A stretch of 46,703 nucleotides of DNA from an uncultured Bacilli bacterium (GCA_944363935.1 CALVVT010000044.1:1-46703), one strand, 5' to 3'; numbered from the stretch's first letter, positions 19,696 through 29,192 are shown. A program made the numbers and translations. Notes: generated by a model not told the origin, from the letters alone.

Positions 19696-20223
19696 ATGAA
19701 CGCAAAAACAAAAAATGCTTTAATTGGTGGATTACTTGCAATTGTCTTTGTTATGGCCGTAGGTTATGCTGCATTCGCACAACAACTTACTATTAATGGA
19801 ACTGCTACAGTAACATCAAACTGGCAAGTAGAAATGACTGATATTGAAGCAACTAGTACTAATGGAACTGGTACTGATATTCCTTATGTTGAAACTACAG
19901 CTGAAGATGGTACTCAATTAATTAATGCTTCAACTGCCAAGTTTAAAGCTGATTTAAAAAGCCCAGGAGATTCAGTTACTTATACTGTAACTGTTGAAAA
20001 CAAAGGTGATATTAATGCTAAAGTTGCAAGTATTAGTTTTGAAGAAGGAGACAGTACAGCACCTATAAGTTACACGTATAGTGGTATTAATCAAGACGAC
20101 GTTTTAAATGCTAGTGATAATACTACATTTACAGTAACTGTAACTTATGACGCTACTGTTGAAGGTCAACCTGAAACAACTAGTAATACTTTAACAATGC
20201 ATGTTAATTACAAACAAGCTTAA
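19696..20223 (+). CDS. TasA/CalY-like secreted fibre subunit 2 (paralog)
   Basis: VMAVGYAAFAQQLTING; LKSPGDSVTYTVTVENKG. Confidence 0.75.
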   Translation: MNAKTKNALIGGLLAIVFVMAVGYAAFAQQLTINGTATVTSNWQVEMTDIEATSTNGTGTDIPYVETTAEDGTQLINASTAKFKADLKSPGDSVTYTVTVENKGDINAKVASISFEEGDSTAPISYTYSGINQDDVLNASDNTTFTVTVTYDATVEGQPETTSNTLTMHVNYKQA

Positions 20224-20250
20224 TAGTACTTTAAAAGTACTATTTTTTTT
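20224..20250 (+). terminator. Intrinsic terminator after the subunit pair
   Basis: TAGTACTTT-AAAAGTACTA hairpin followed by a T run. Confidence 0.75.
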
Positions 20251-20346
20251 CACTATGGTATTGCCATATTTTTTCACTTATGCTATAATTATTATAGTAG
20301 TAAAGAAGTGCTTTTAAGCATTAAATCCATAAAAAGGGGTAATATT

Positions 20347-21486
20347 ATGATTAAGTTAATATTATTATATGGACTACTAATAGGATATTTATTTTTAGAT
20401 GTTTTAATCTTATCACCAGCAGAAATACCTTATTATAATTCTTTATTAAATCCTTTAATATTATTAGCTATTACTGGCCTTGCTTATTATTTTAGTAAGG
20501 ACGAGCAGGTTAGAATAGCCGAAAAAAACAATAAATTTCAAAGTATGTTAATTGTTTTATTCTTTTATATTATTGGATATTATGCATTAGGTTTTATCTT
20601 TGGTTTCCAAAGAACACCATATTCTAAAGATATTTTAAGCATTATAAGTAATATATGGATATTTGGCAATGTTATTTTCTTCCAAGAAATAATCAGGAAT
20701 GCTATGATTAAAATGGAAAAGAAAAGCATGCTTAATTTTATTTTAATTACCGTATTATTTATTTTCTTAAATATAAATTATAATAATTTAGTGGATAATT
20801 TTGAAACATTTAAAGACGGATTTACTTATGTTTCTTCGGTGATAATACCTTTAGTGGTTTCAAATGCTGTAATGACATATTTATCTTATGTTGGTGGAGC
20901 TAAATTTCCGATTGTTTACCGGTTATTTGTTTTATTACCGGAATTAGTAATGCCAATCATCCCTGATTTAGATTGGTTTGTAACAGCAATTGTTGGTGTA
21001 GTTTTACCAATGGTAGTATTTATTTATATAAATTATGTTCATGTTAAAAAAACTGAAAGATTATCTAGAAGGGCAAGTAAAAATTATAATCCAATAGTTT
21101 ATATTCCAGTTTTAATTTTAATTGCTTTATTAGCCGGATTTGTTATTGGATTATTTAAATATCAACCAATTGCCGTTTTATCAGGTAGTATGTCACCAAC
21201 CTTTAATAGAGGTGATGCGGTAGTTGTTCGTAAATTAAACAAATATGAAAAACAAAACCTTGAAAAAGGAGATGTTATCCAGTATACCAGTGGTTCTAAA
21301 TATGTTGTTCACCGAATTGTCGAAATAACAAATGACGAGTTTGGTAATATTCAGTATATTACTAAAGGAGACCACAATAATACAAGAGATACAATGCCAG
21401 TTTCTCTAGACCAAATTGTCGGTAAAGTTTCTTTCTCAATACCATATATCGGTTATCCTTCAGTTTGGCTTAGTGGCGCAATATAA
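20347..21486 (+). CDS. SipW/ER-type (S26B) signal peptidase I fused to an N-terminal multipass membrane domain
   Basis: VLSGSMSP (Ser), GD, VVHRIV (His), TKGDHN, IPYIGY; about 8 hydrophobic segments precede the catalytic domain. Confidence 0.88.
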   Translation: MIKLILLYGLLIGYLFLDVLILSPAEIPYYNSLLNPLILLAITGLAYYFSKDEQVRIAEKNNKFQSMLIVLFFYIIGYYALGFIFGFQRTPYSKDILSIISNIWIFGNVIFFQEIIRNAMIKMEKKSMLNFILITVLFIFLNINYNNLVDNFETFKDGFTYVSSVIIPLVVSNAVMTYLSYVGGAKFPIVYRLFVLLPELVMPIIPDLDWFVTAIVGVVLPMVVFIYINYVHVKKTERLSRRASKNYNPIVYIPVLILIALLAGFVIGLFKYQPIAVLSGSMSPTFNRGDAVVVRKLNKYEKQNLEKGDVIQYTSGSKYVVHRIVEITNDEFGNIQYITKGDHNNTRDTMPVSLDQIVGKVSFSIPYIGYPSVWLSGAI

Positions 21487-21501
21487 AAAGGGGAGAATAA
21501 T

Positions 21502-22584
21502 ATGAAATTAAAAAATGAAAACAAACTAATATTAAAACAGTGGGTTCGCGTATTTTTTCTAATTGTTATTGTTGCTATGATAGCACTATCCGTTTTCTTA
21601 ATTGTAAAGTCAATGAGTAAGGATACAAGTAGAGAAGAACTTTATAATTATAACTATAATAGTAATTTAGACTATAAAGTTTATTTAAAAAACAATGCTT
21701 TCTTTACAACTCCTTATTTAGGAATGAATAAACAATATATCGCATCTTTAATTGATCATATTGATGTTGATACTAGTTTTGATTTACAAAGTAGTGCGGA
21801 TTTAAATTATACCTATACTTATCAAATAATTGCTCAAGTTAATGGTGCTTATCAATCAGCTGAAGGAAAATCAATAAATATTTGGTCAAAAGATTATACG
21901 GTTGCTCCAGCTGAAACGCAAAGTGGTAGTGGTAATAAAATTACCATTAATAAAAATATTAGTTTAAATTATGACGAATATAACCGTATTATGACAGAAT
22001 TTAGAGATGCTTTTGGTTTATCAATTGATGCTTCTGTTGATTTAATTTTAAAAGTTGATGTTAATGGTAAAATGAAGGACGAAGAGACAGAATCTTTACA
22101 TGAAAGTAATGAGTTTACTTTAAATATTCCACTGCTTGAACCAACAATTCAAATAAAACCAGATTATGTTAATAATGGTAGAGAAGTTGTCTATGCTGCT
22201 GAAGATACTAGTAAAACTATTAATATTCCATTATTAGTTGTTGGAGTAGCATTATTACTATTATCATTAGTTATCTTAAAAACATTATGGTCTAGTTTGA
22301 TTAGAATTACTAAAAAATCAGAATATGTTATCGAACTTAATAAGATATTAAAAGAATATGCTGATATTATTGCTGAATCTACAAACTTACCTGATTTATC
22401 ACAATATGATGTTGTTAACATTAAACACTTCCGTGATTTAGTTGATATTGAAGAAGAACTTCGAGTACCAATTCTTTATACAGAAGTTCGTGAAGACTTT
22501 GAAAGTTGGTTTATCATTATTACTGAAAATACCGCTTATAAGTTTGTTTTAAAACAAAGTGATTTAATTGTATTTCAGAAATAG
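21502..22584 (+). CDS. DUF5305-like two-TM membrane protein
   Basis: TM, LDYKVYLKNN beta-rich ectodomain, TM, cytoplasmic FRDLVDIEEELRVPILY. Confidence 0.7.
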   Translation: MKLKNENKLILKQWVRVFFLIVIVAMIALSVFLIVKSMSKDTSREELYNYNYNSNLDYKVYLKNNAFFTTPYLGMNKQYIASLIDHIDVDTSFDLQSSADLNYTYTYQIIAQVNGAYQSAEGKSINIWSKDYTVAPAETQSGSGNKITINKNISLNYDEYNRIMTEFRDAFGLSIDASVDLILKVDVNGKMKDEETESLHESNEFTLNIPLLEPTIQIKPDYVNNGREVVYAAEDTSKTINIPLLVVGVALLLLSLVILKTLWSSLIRITKKSEYVIELNKILKEYADIIAESTNLPDLSQYDVVNIKHFRDLVDIEEELRVPILYTEVREDFESWFIIITENTAYKFVLKQSDLIVFQK

Positions 22585-22620
22585 GGCTTAAAAAAAGTCC
22601 TATTTTTTTAAAAAAATAGG

Positions 22621-22643
22621 ACGCGAATCGCGTAATTTCGACA
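22621..22643. promoter_or_regulatory. Palindrome ACGCG-AAT-CGCGT (copy 2) followed by a 0A box
   Basis: 22621-22633 has the same core as 4203-4215; TTCGACA at 22637-22643. Confidence 0.45.
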
Positions 22644-22674
22644 TTTTTTGTTTACTATATGATATATTATATTT

Positions 22675-22744
22675 GTATGAGGAAATTCCTCATACCACGG
22701 TTAGAAAATTCACGTCGCATAATATACCCTAACCGTGTTTTTTT
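22675..22744 (+). ncRNA. Candidate ~70-nt two-hairpin sRNA
   Basis: TGnTATATT -10 at 22660-22668; GTATGAGG/CCTCATAC stem; CACGGTTAG/CTAACCGTG stem followed by T7. Confidence 0.4.
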
Positions 22745-22760
22745 ATGTAAAAAAGTTGGA

Positions 22761-24896
22761 TTAGTTTATTCCAACTTCTTTTAGAATATCGTTAATTTCT
22801 TTAATACTCTCGTCATAAAAATCTAGTCTGATGTTAGTATTTGGTAAATTATTTAATTTATTAACTGGTTTATAATTTAATATTTTATTATGACAGTTAT
22901 TACCTATAACCGTAAATTCTTGATTTTCGTTATTTTTAATTTTAATATTATGTTTACAGTATTTACAACCTAAATTTTCTTTAATTAAGCAGTAATTTAA
23001 TATCATATTTTCTATTTTTCCATAAACAAGAACATCGATATTTCCTCTAAAATTATATAATTCTTCTTTGCTTTCTACTGAAGCAGTAATTTTTTTAACA
23101 TTATATTCTTTTAATAAATCATAACTAAAACTATTAGTTATATTTAAAGTATAATCAGTTATAATATTATTATTTTTATGATATTTGTATACTTGTCCTA
23201 GAGTAGTTACTAGTAAATTTTCATTCTTATAATCTGGTAATTGATAACTATATCTATTTAACCGGTAATATACTTTATGACATTTATATTTTTGATATAA
23301 GTTAAAGTCTTCAGTATAAAGATAATCAATTTTATCAATTAAATATTTAAGTTGTTCTTCATTACTTACAAAAGCACTTATTTCTTTTTTATCATTATAA
23401 ATAGGTTTATTTACAATAATTTTAATCATTTTATCTCTTTTTATTTTAGTTTTTTCTTTCATAATTGTATTTATTAAATATCTTTTAGCGTCATTTAATT
23501 CTTTTATTCTAATAAAAATATTATTACTACTAGTTATTTTAATATCGTGAGTAATAAATGGTGAAAAACCAATTTTACTTAAATGTTCCTTAATACTTTC
23601 GTTCGTTAAAGGATTATTAATAGCTTTAGTTACAATGTTACCTATATAAGTACTAGTAATATTTAAATGAGTCATTTTTATTTTAAGGGGTTTATTTACT
23701 ATAGCTGTAACTTCATAACTAATCGGCATTTTAATTTCTTTAACATTTTTAATTTCTTCATTTAATTTATAATCAAATGTTTTAATTAAAGTAGTATCTT
23801 TTTTTAAATTAAATTTATTTTCTAAATAAATAATCTCGTTTTTATTAGCTTTATTTACTAATAACTTTTGTTTATTATATAATTTATTAACAATCATTCC
23901 TTTATTACTAGGGAGAAATCTAATTCCATCGTTTTGGTTTAAAGAATGCGATAGTTTGATTTTTAACATTTTCTTATTTTCTAAAAGTTGGCCAATAACA
24001 ATACCTTGGTGACCAGAACTATTACTGTTGATAATTTTATCTTTAAATAAATGGCCAGTTGTAAAAGAACGATTGTAAAGTTTTTTAAGATTAATTTCAT
24101 AGTTATCTATTTCTTTGTTGTCGATTAATTTTCTAAAAACTGAAGTGACATAACCGACATATTCGGGACTTTTCATTCGGCCTTCAATTTTTAAACTTTG
24201 AACATTACTGTTTAATATTTCTTTTAATTTAGGTAAAGTATTTAATTCTTTGGTACTTAATAAAAACCCTTTTTTAATTTCTTTATTATCTAATATTAAA
24301 GTATAAGGTTTGCGACAAGGCCCCGCACATTCTCCGCGGTTTCCACTTCGGCCTCCTAAAGAATAACTCATAAGACAGCATCCACTATAACAAATACATA
24401 AAGCACCATAAACAAAGATTTCTTTTTCAATATCGGTTTTAAGATTATTAATTTCTTCTAATGAAAGTTCTCTAGCTAAAACGGCTCTTGTAAGACCTAG
24501 TTTTTTAAAAAACATTAAATTTTCGTCACTATTATTATGGCACTGGGTTGATGCGTGAATTTCTAATTTGGGAATTAATTTTTTTATTAAATAAATCATA
24601 CCAATATCCTGCATAATTACAGCATCAACACCATTTAAATATAGAAAATGTAAATAGTTTATAAAATCCTTAATTTCATTTTCATGAATAATAGTATTTG
24701 CACTTATGTATATTTTTACACCATATAAATGCGCATAATTAATAGCTTCTATTATTTCTTCATTAGTAAAATTTTCCGCATAAGCTCTTGCTCCATATTT
24801 TTTTCCTGCTAAATAAACCGCATCAGCGCCATTTTTAATAGCTGAAATTAAGCTTTCCATATTGCCAGCTGGTGCGAGTAACTCTGGTTTTTTCAT
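22761..24896 (-). CDS. Peptidase U32 family protein with a DUF3656-like region (RlhA-like rRNA hydroxylase)
   Basis: PELLAPAG, IHASTQ, LARELS, LCICYSGCC, NRGECAGPCR, LKIEGRMK. Confidence 0.88.
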   Translation of the reverse strand: MKKPELLAPAGNMESLISAIKNGADAVYLAGKKYGARAYAENFTNEEIIEAINYAHLYGVKIYISANTIIHENEIKDFINYLHFLYLNGVDAVIMQDIGMIYLIKKLIPKLEIHASTQCHNNSDENLMFFKKLGLTRAVLARELSLEEINNLKTDIEKEIFVYGALCICYSGCCLMSYSLGGRSGNRGECAGPCRKPYTLILDNKEIKKGFLLSTKELNTLPKLKEILNSNVQSLKIEGRMKSPEYVGYVTSVFRKLIDNKEIDNYEINLKKLYNRSFTTGHLFKDKIINSNSSGHQGIVIGQLLENKKMLKIKLSHSLNQNDGIRFLPSNKGMIVNKLYNKQKLLVNKANKNEIIYLENKFNLKKDTTLIKTFDYKLNEEIKNVKEIKMPISYEVTAIVNKPLKIKMTHLNITSTYIGNIVTKAINNPLTNESIKEHLSKIGFSPFITHDIKITSSNNIFIRIKELNDAKRYLINTIMKEKTKIKRDKMIKIIVNKPIYNDKKEISAFVSNEEQLKYLIDKIDYLYTEDFNLYQKYKCHKVYYRLNRYSYQLPDYKNENLLVTTLGQVYKYHKNNNIITDYTLNITNSFSYDLLKEYNVKKITASVESKEELYNFRGNIDVLVYGKIENMILNYCLIKENLGCKYCKHNIKIKNNENQEFTVIGNNCHNKILNYKPVNKLNNLPNTNIRLDFYDESIKEINDILKEVGIN

Positions 24897-25047
24897 AATA
24901 TCACCAATTATATTGTATCACATATTAAAAGTAAAGTAGACATAATTGTCAAAAAAAGTAAGTCTTTGGATAATCTTACCAACTTAAAAATAAAATAGAA
25001 AAAATTATAGTTTGACTAAAGGGATAATTATTTTATATAATATAGAC

Positions 25048-25374
25048 ATGGAAAAGAAATTTAAAATGATTGACGAAGCTTTTACCTGCGCAGTTTGTGA
25101 TAGTGAAGTAAAACCACTTGGTTATAGTGCGAGAGATCACTGTCCAAACTGTTTATCTTCTAAACATGTTGATAATAATCCAGGTGATAGAAAAGCTGGT
25201 TGTAATGGAATCTTAAAACCAATAGCTATTGAAAAATTTAAAGATACATTTAAAATAATATATAAATGTGAAAAATGTGGCCAAATAAAAAAGAATATCA
25301 TGGCTAACGACGATAATTTTGATTTAATTTTAAAAATTATGTCAAACCCAATAGAAATAAAGAAGGTGAGTTAA
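25048..25374 (+). CDS. RNHCP domain protein
   Basis: FTCAVC, ARDHCPNCLSSKHVD..PGDR, CEKCG. Confidence 0.88.
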   Translation: MEKKFKMIDEAFTCAVCDSEVKPLGYSARDHCPNCLSSKHVDNNPGDRKAGCNGILKPIAIEKFKDTFKIIYKCEKCGQIKKNIMANDDNFDLILKIMSNPIEIKKVS

Positions 25375-26639
25375 TGTTTGTCGATGAGGCGATAGTAGAA
25401 TTATATGCGGGAACCGGTGGGAATGGCTGCCGAGCGTTTAGAAGAGAAAAAGGTGTACCATTGGGTGGTCCTTTTGGTGGTAATGGTGGTAAAGGAGCCG
25501 ATATAATATTTAAAGTTGATAGTGGCTTAAATACTTTACTTGATTTTAAATATAATAGAATTATTAAAGGTAGTAATGGCGCTAATGGACTGGGTAAAGG
25601 AATGCATGGTAAAAATGCTGAAAATATCGTTGTTTTAGTTCCCCCGGGAACAGTTGTTACTGATTTAAGTACTAATTTAATTATAGCTGATTTAACTGAA
25701 AATGGAGAAGAATCTGTAATTGCTAAAGATGTTAGAAGTAAACATGGTAATATTGCGTTTTTTACCAAAACTAATCCCGCCCCAGATTATGCTGAAAATG
25801 GTGAACCTGGTGAATATAAAAAAATAAAAATAGAGCTTAAATTAATGGCTGATGTTGGCCTTGTTGGTATGCCATCAGTAGGTAAAAGTACTATTATTTC
25901 AAAGTTATCAGCTTCTCGTCCGAAAATAGCTGATTATCCATTTACAACTTTAAAACCTAATTTAGGTGTTGTAAGAGTACCAGATGGCCGTTCTTTTGTC
26001 CTTGCGGATCTTCCAGGACTTATAGAAGGAGCTTCATTAGGTAGTGGCCTTGGCGATAAATTTTTAAAGCATGCGGAAAGGACAAGAGTTATTGTGCATG
26101 TAATTGATATGAGTGGTTTATATCGTAATCCTTATGATGATTATAAAATTATTAATAATGAGTTAAAATCATATAGTGAGAAATTTTTAGAAAAACCACA
26201 AATAATTGTTGCTAATAAAATGGATGCACCAGAAGCTAGTAAAAATTTAAAAGAATTTAAAGAAAAAGTTAAAGAAGAAGTAATAGAAATTACAGCTATA
26301 AATGGTAAAGGATTAGATAAACTTGTTTATAAAGTAGCTGACTTACTTGATAAATTACCTAAAGAAGAGTTAAAAAATGAGAATTTTGAAAGTCATGTTG
26401 TTTACAAATATAAAGAAGAAGTTCCTTTTACTATTACTAAAGAAAACGATGCATGGGTAATTAAAGGCGAAAAAGTAGAAAAGTTATTACTTATGAGTAG
26501 GTTTGATACTGACGAAGCTGTTTTAAGGTTTGCTAGTAAATTAAAGAAAATGGGAATTGACGATGAGCTTCGAAAACTTGGGGCTCTAGAAGGCGATACT
26601 GTAAAAATACTTGATTATGAATTTGAATATAAAGAATAG
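25374..26639 (+). CDS. obgE: GTPase ObgE/CgtA
   Basis: MFVDE, FRREK, GMPSVGKST, YPFTT, DLPG, NKMD, C-terminal OCT domain. Confidence 0.96.
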   Translation: MFVDEAIVELYAGTGGNGCRAFRREKGVPLGGPFGGNGGKGADIIFKVDSGLNTLLDFKYNRIIKGSNGANGLGKGMHGKNAENIVVLVPPGTVVTDLSTNLIIADLTENGEESVIAKDVRSKHGNIAFFTKTNPAPDYAENGEPGEYKKIKIELKLMADVGLVGMPSVGKSTIISKLSASRPKIADYPFTTLKPNLGVVRVPDGRSFVLADLPGLIEGASLGSGLGDKFLKHAERTRVIVHVIDMSGLYRNPYDDYKIINNELKSYSEKFLEKPQIIVANKMDAPEASKNLKEFKEKVKEEVIEITAINGKGLDKLVYKVADLLDKLPKEELKNENFESHVVYKYKEEVPFTITKENDAWVIKGEKVEKLLLMSRFDTDEAVLRFASKLKKMGIDDELRKLGALEGDTVKILDYEFEYKE

Positions 26640-26820
26640 TACTAACGGTTAATTAGTACTATTTTTAAATGCTACCATAATTTCCCATATTTTTATCAAA
26701 TTATTTCCATAATTATAGTGTACAATGTATCTAGAGTTAGGAAATAACTCTTGGAAAGGTTGTGATAAATGCTAGCAGACATTAGAAAATAGTGTTATAC
26801 TATAACTAGAGGCGATGATA

Positions 26821-27474
26821 ATGTATAAAGTTTGTTTAGTTGAGGACGAAAAAAATTTAAACAATTTAATAAAAACTTATCTTGAAAACGCTGGTTATGA
26901 AGTAGTTCAATATTATGATGGACAAAGTGCTTTAAATCACGTAACTGATAAAGTTCATTTATGGATATTAGACATTATGCTTGGAGACGAGGTAAGTGGC
27001 TATGATATCATAAAAAAAATAAGAGAAAGAGAAGATGTTCCAGTAATATTTACTTCTGCTCGTGATCAAGATTTAGATAAAATAATTGGTTTAGAATTAG
27101 GAAGTGATGATTATGTTACTAAACCATATTCTCCTAAAGAATTAGTACTCCGAGTTAACAATATTATTAAAAGAACTTATAGTGCGCAAACAGAAAAAGT
27201 TCATTATGAAAATTATGAAATTGATTTAGATAAAAGAATTGTTACTGAAAATTTTAAAGACATTCCTCTTACTACTTTAGAATTCGATTTATTAATCCTA
27301 CTACTTAAAAATAAAAATAAATCTTTTAGTCGTAGTCAGATACTTGAAAATGTGTGGGGTGACGATTATTTTGGTAGTGACCGAGTTGTCGACGATTTAG
27401 TTCGTCGTCTTCGGAAAAAAATGCCAAAATTAAGATTAAAAACAATTTATGGATATGGGTATAGATTATCATGA
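26821..27474 (+). CDS. OmpR-family response regulator (CssR-like)
   Basis: VEDE, LWILDIML, DDYVTKPY, SDRVVDDLVRRLRKK, GYGY. Confidence 0.92.
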   Translation: MYKVCLVEDEKNLNNLIKTYLENAGYEVVQYYDGQSALNHVTDKVHLWILDIMLGDEVSGYDIIKKIREREDVPVIFTSARDQDLDKIIGLELGSDDYVTKPYSPKELVLRVNNIIKRTYSAQTEKVHYENYEIDLDKRIVTENFKDIPLTTLEFDLLILLLKNKNKSFSRSQILENVWGDDYFGSDRVVDDLVRRLRKKMPKLRLKTIYGYGYRLS

Positions 27475-28739
27475 AGTTAAAACATAATTTATATCGGCAA
27501 ATTATTACGATTGTGTTAATAATGTTTGCTATTATATATGTAAGTGTAGCTATTATTTTACCTAAAGTATTAGCGCCAATATATGAAAAAAATATCTATT
27601 TAAATTTAAAAACTCCATTAAATGTTATCCAGCACAATTTATCTGATAATGAAATAGACGACGATATCGCATATATATACATAAAAAACGGAACACTGGA
27701 GAAATCTAATAATTTAGAGAGTATTATCGATTTAAAAGCTGAACAAATTTTAGAAAAAATAAAGGATAATTATGGTAAATTTACTTATCATGGAAAAACC
27801 TATTACTATAATACAAAAACAGATACGTATAGTTATAAAGTAGCTATTACTAATGACAATTATGTCAAAGAAATGAAATCCGATATATGGAAGTCATTGT
27901 TTCCAATTCTCATAATTACACTATTATTTATGTTGATAGTTGTGGCTATTTGGTCACAAGTATTAGCTGAAAAAATAAAAATATTAAAAGATAAAGTTGA
28001 TAACCTCGATAATGAAAATTATAGTCCGAAAACACCGTTTAATCCATTTAGAGCTGAAGACGAATTGAAAGTTTTATCAGAAGCAATTGATAAAATGAAA
28101 ATGACGTTAAAAACTCAAGACGAGTACAAAAATCAAATGTATCAAAATATTTCTCATGATTTTAAAACCCCTCTCACCGTTATAAAATCTTATATTGAAG
28201 CTATTGAGGATGGTGTTGAAAACGAAAAAGATGGACTTAAGGTTATCAAACAAGAAATCAAAAAATTAGAAATAAAAGTACACTCCTTACTATACTTAAA
28301 TAAATTAACTTATATAAAAGATATGGATGCCTATAAAAATGAAACCATTAATATTGTGGATATTTTACCACCAGCTGTTCAAAAGTTTAAATTAACCCGA
28401 CCAGATGTTAAATGGGAATTAAATATTGCCGATAAAAAAACAATATTTAAAGGAACTGAAGACATGTGGGAAGCTATTATTGACAATATTTTAAGTAACT
28501 TCATAAGATATGCTAAAGAAAATGTTAAAATAACAGTTAGGGGTCATAAAATAACTTTATTTAACGATGGTGAAGCTATAGACGAAGCAATATTTAATGA
28601 TATATTTACTCCTTACAAAAAAGGCATCAAAGGCGAATTTGGCCTTGGCTTATCCATAGTTAAAAAAACTCTATCCCTACTAGGCTATGAGATAAGTGTT
28701 AAAAATGAAAAAAACGGAATAAGTTTTATAATAAAATAA
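27471..28739 (+). CDS. Sensor histidine kinase (CssS-like)
   Basis: Two TMs, HAMP, SHDFKTP, NFIRYA, GLGLSIV; ATGA overlap with the regulator. Confidence 0.92.
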   Translation: MKLKHNLYRQIITIVLIMFAIIYVSVAIILPKVLAPIYEKNIYLNLKTPLNVIQHNLSDNEIDDDIAYIYIKNGTLEKSNNLESIIDLKAEQILEKIKDNYGKFTYHGKTYYYNTKTDTYSYKVAITNDNYVKEMKSDIWKSLFPILIITLLFMLIVVAIWSQVLAEKIKILKDKVDNLDNENYSPKTPFNPFRAEDELKVLSEAIDKMKMTLKTQDEYKNQMYQNISHDFKTPLTVIKSYIEAIEDGVENEKDGLKVIKQEIKKLEIKVHSLLYLNKLTYIKDMDAYKNETINIVDILPPAVQKFKLTRPDVKWELNIADKKTIFKGTEDMWEAIIDNILSNFIRYAKENVKITVRGHKITLFNDGEAIDEAIFNDIFTPYKKGIKGEFGLGLSIVKKTLSLLGYEISVKNEKNGISFIIK

Positions 28740-28816
28740 GAGAAATCCCCATCTCTTATTTTTTCTTTACATTAAAGCTTTCTTTTGATACAATTATTAT
28801 AGGATAGGTGAAAGAT

Positions 28817-29140
28817 ATGAAAAATGGATTTACATTAATGGAATTACTAGGTGTTATTGTTATTTTGTCACTATTAATTTTACTTATTGTCCCTAATATT
28901 CTAGAACAAGTAAGTAATAAAGAAGAAGACGTTAATGAGGCTTATCAAGAAGCTGCTGTGGCTGCGGCCCAGTTATATTTAGACGAAAACCCTACCGCTA
29001 AAGGCTGTATTCCGATTGATGTATTAGGATTAGATAAAAATACTGAAGAAGTTCTTGGTAAAGCATATGATAATGCGGGTGTTAATATAACTGTTGATGG
29101 TTCTAAAAAGACATTTACATTTGCAGAGAGTTGTTCATAG
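28817..29140 (+). CDS. Type IV pilin / ComG-like prepilin
   Basis: KNG-FTLMELLGVIVIL class III signal; Cys pair. Confidence 0.88.
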   Translation: MKNGFTLMELLGVIVILSLLILLIVPNILEQVSNKEEDVNEAYQEAAVAAAQLYLDENPTAKGCIPIDVLGLDKNTEEVLGKAYDNAGVNITVDGSKKTFTFAESCS

Positions 29141-29192
29141 TTTGGACAATTCTTTTTTTGCGTGCTATAATACTTACCTAGAGGTGATTTAG

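Noticed and set aside
28817-29140. Type IV pilin as part of the SipW fibre system
   Set aside because: It has a class III signal processed by a prepilin peptidase, which is a separate pathway
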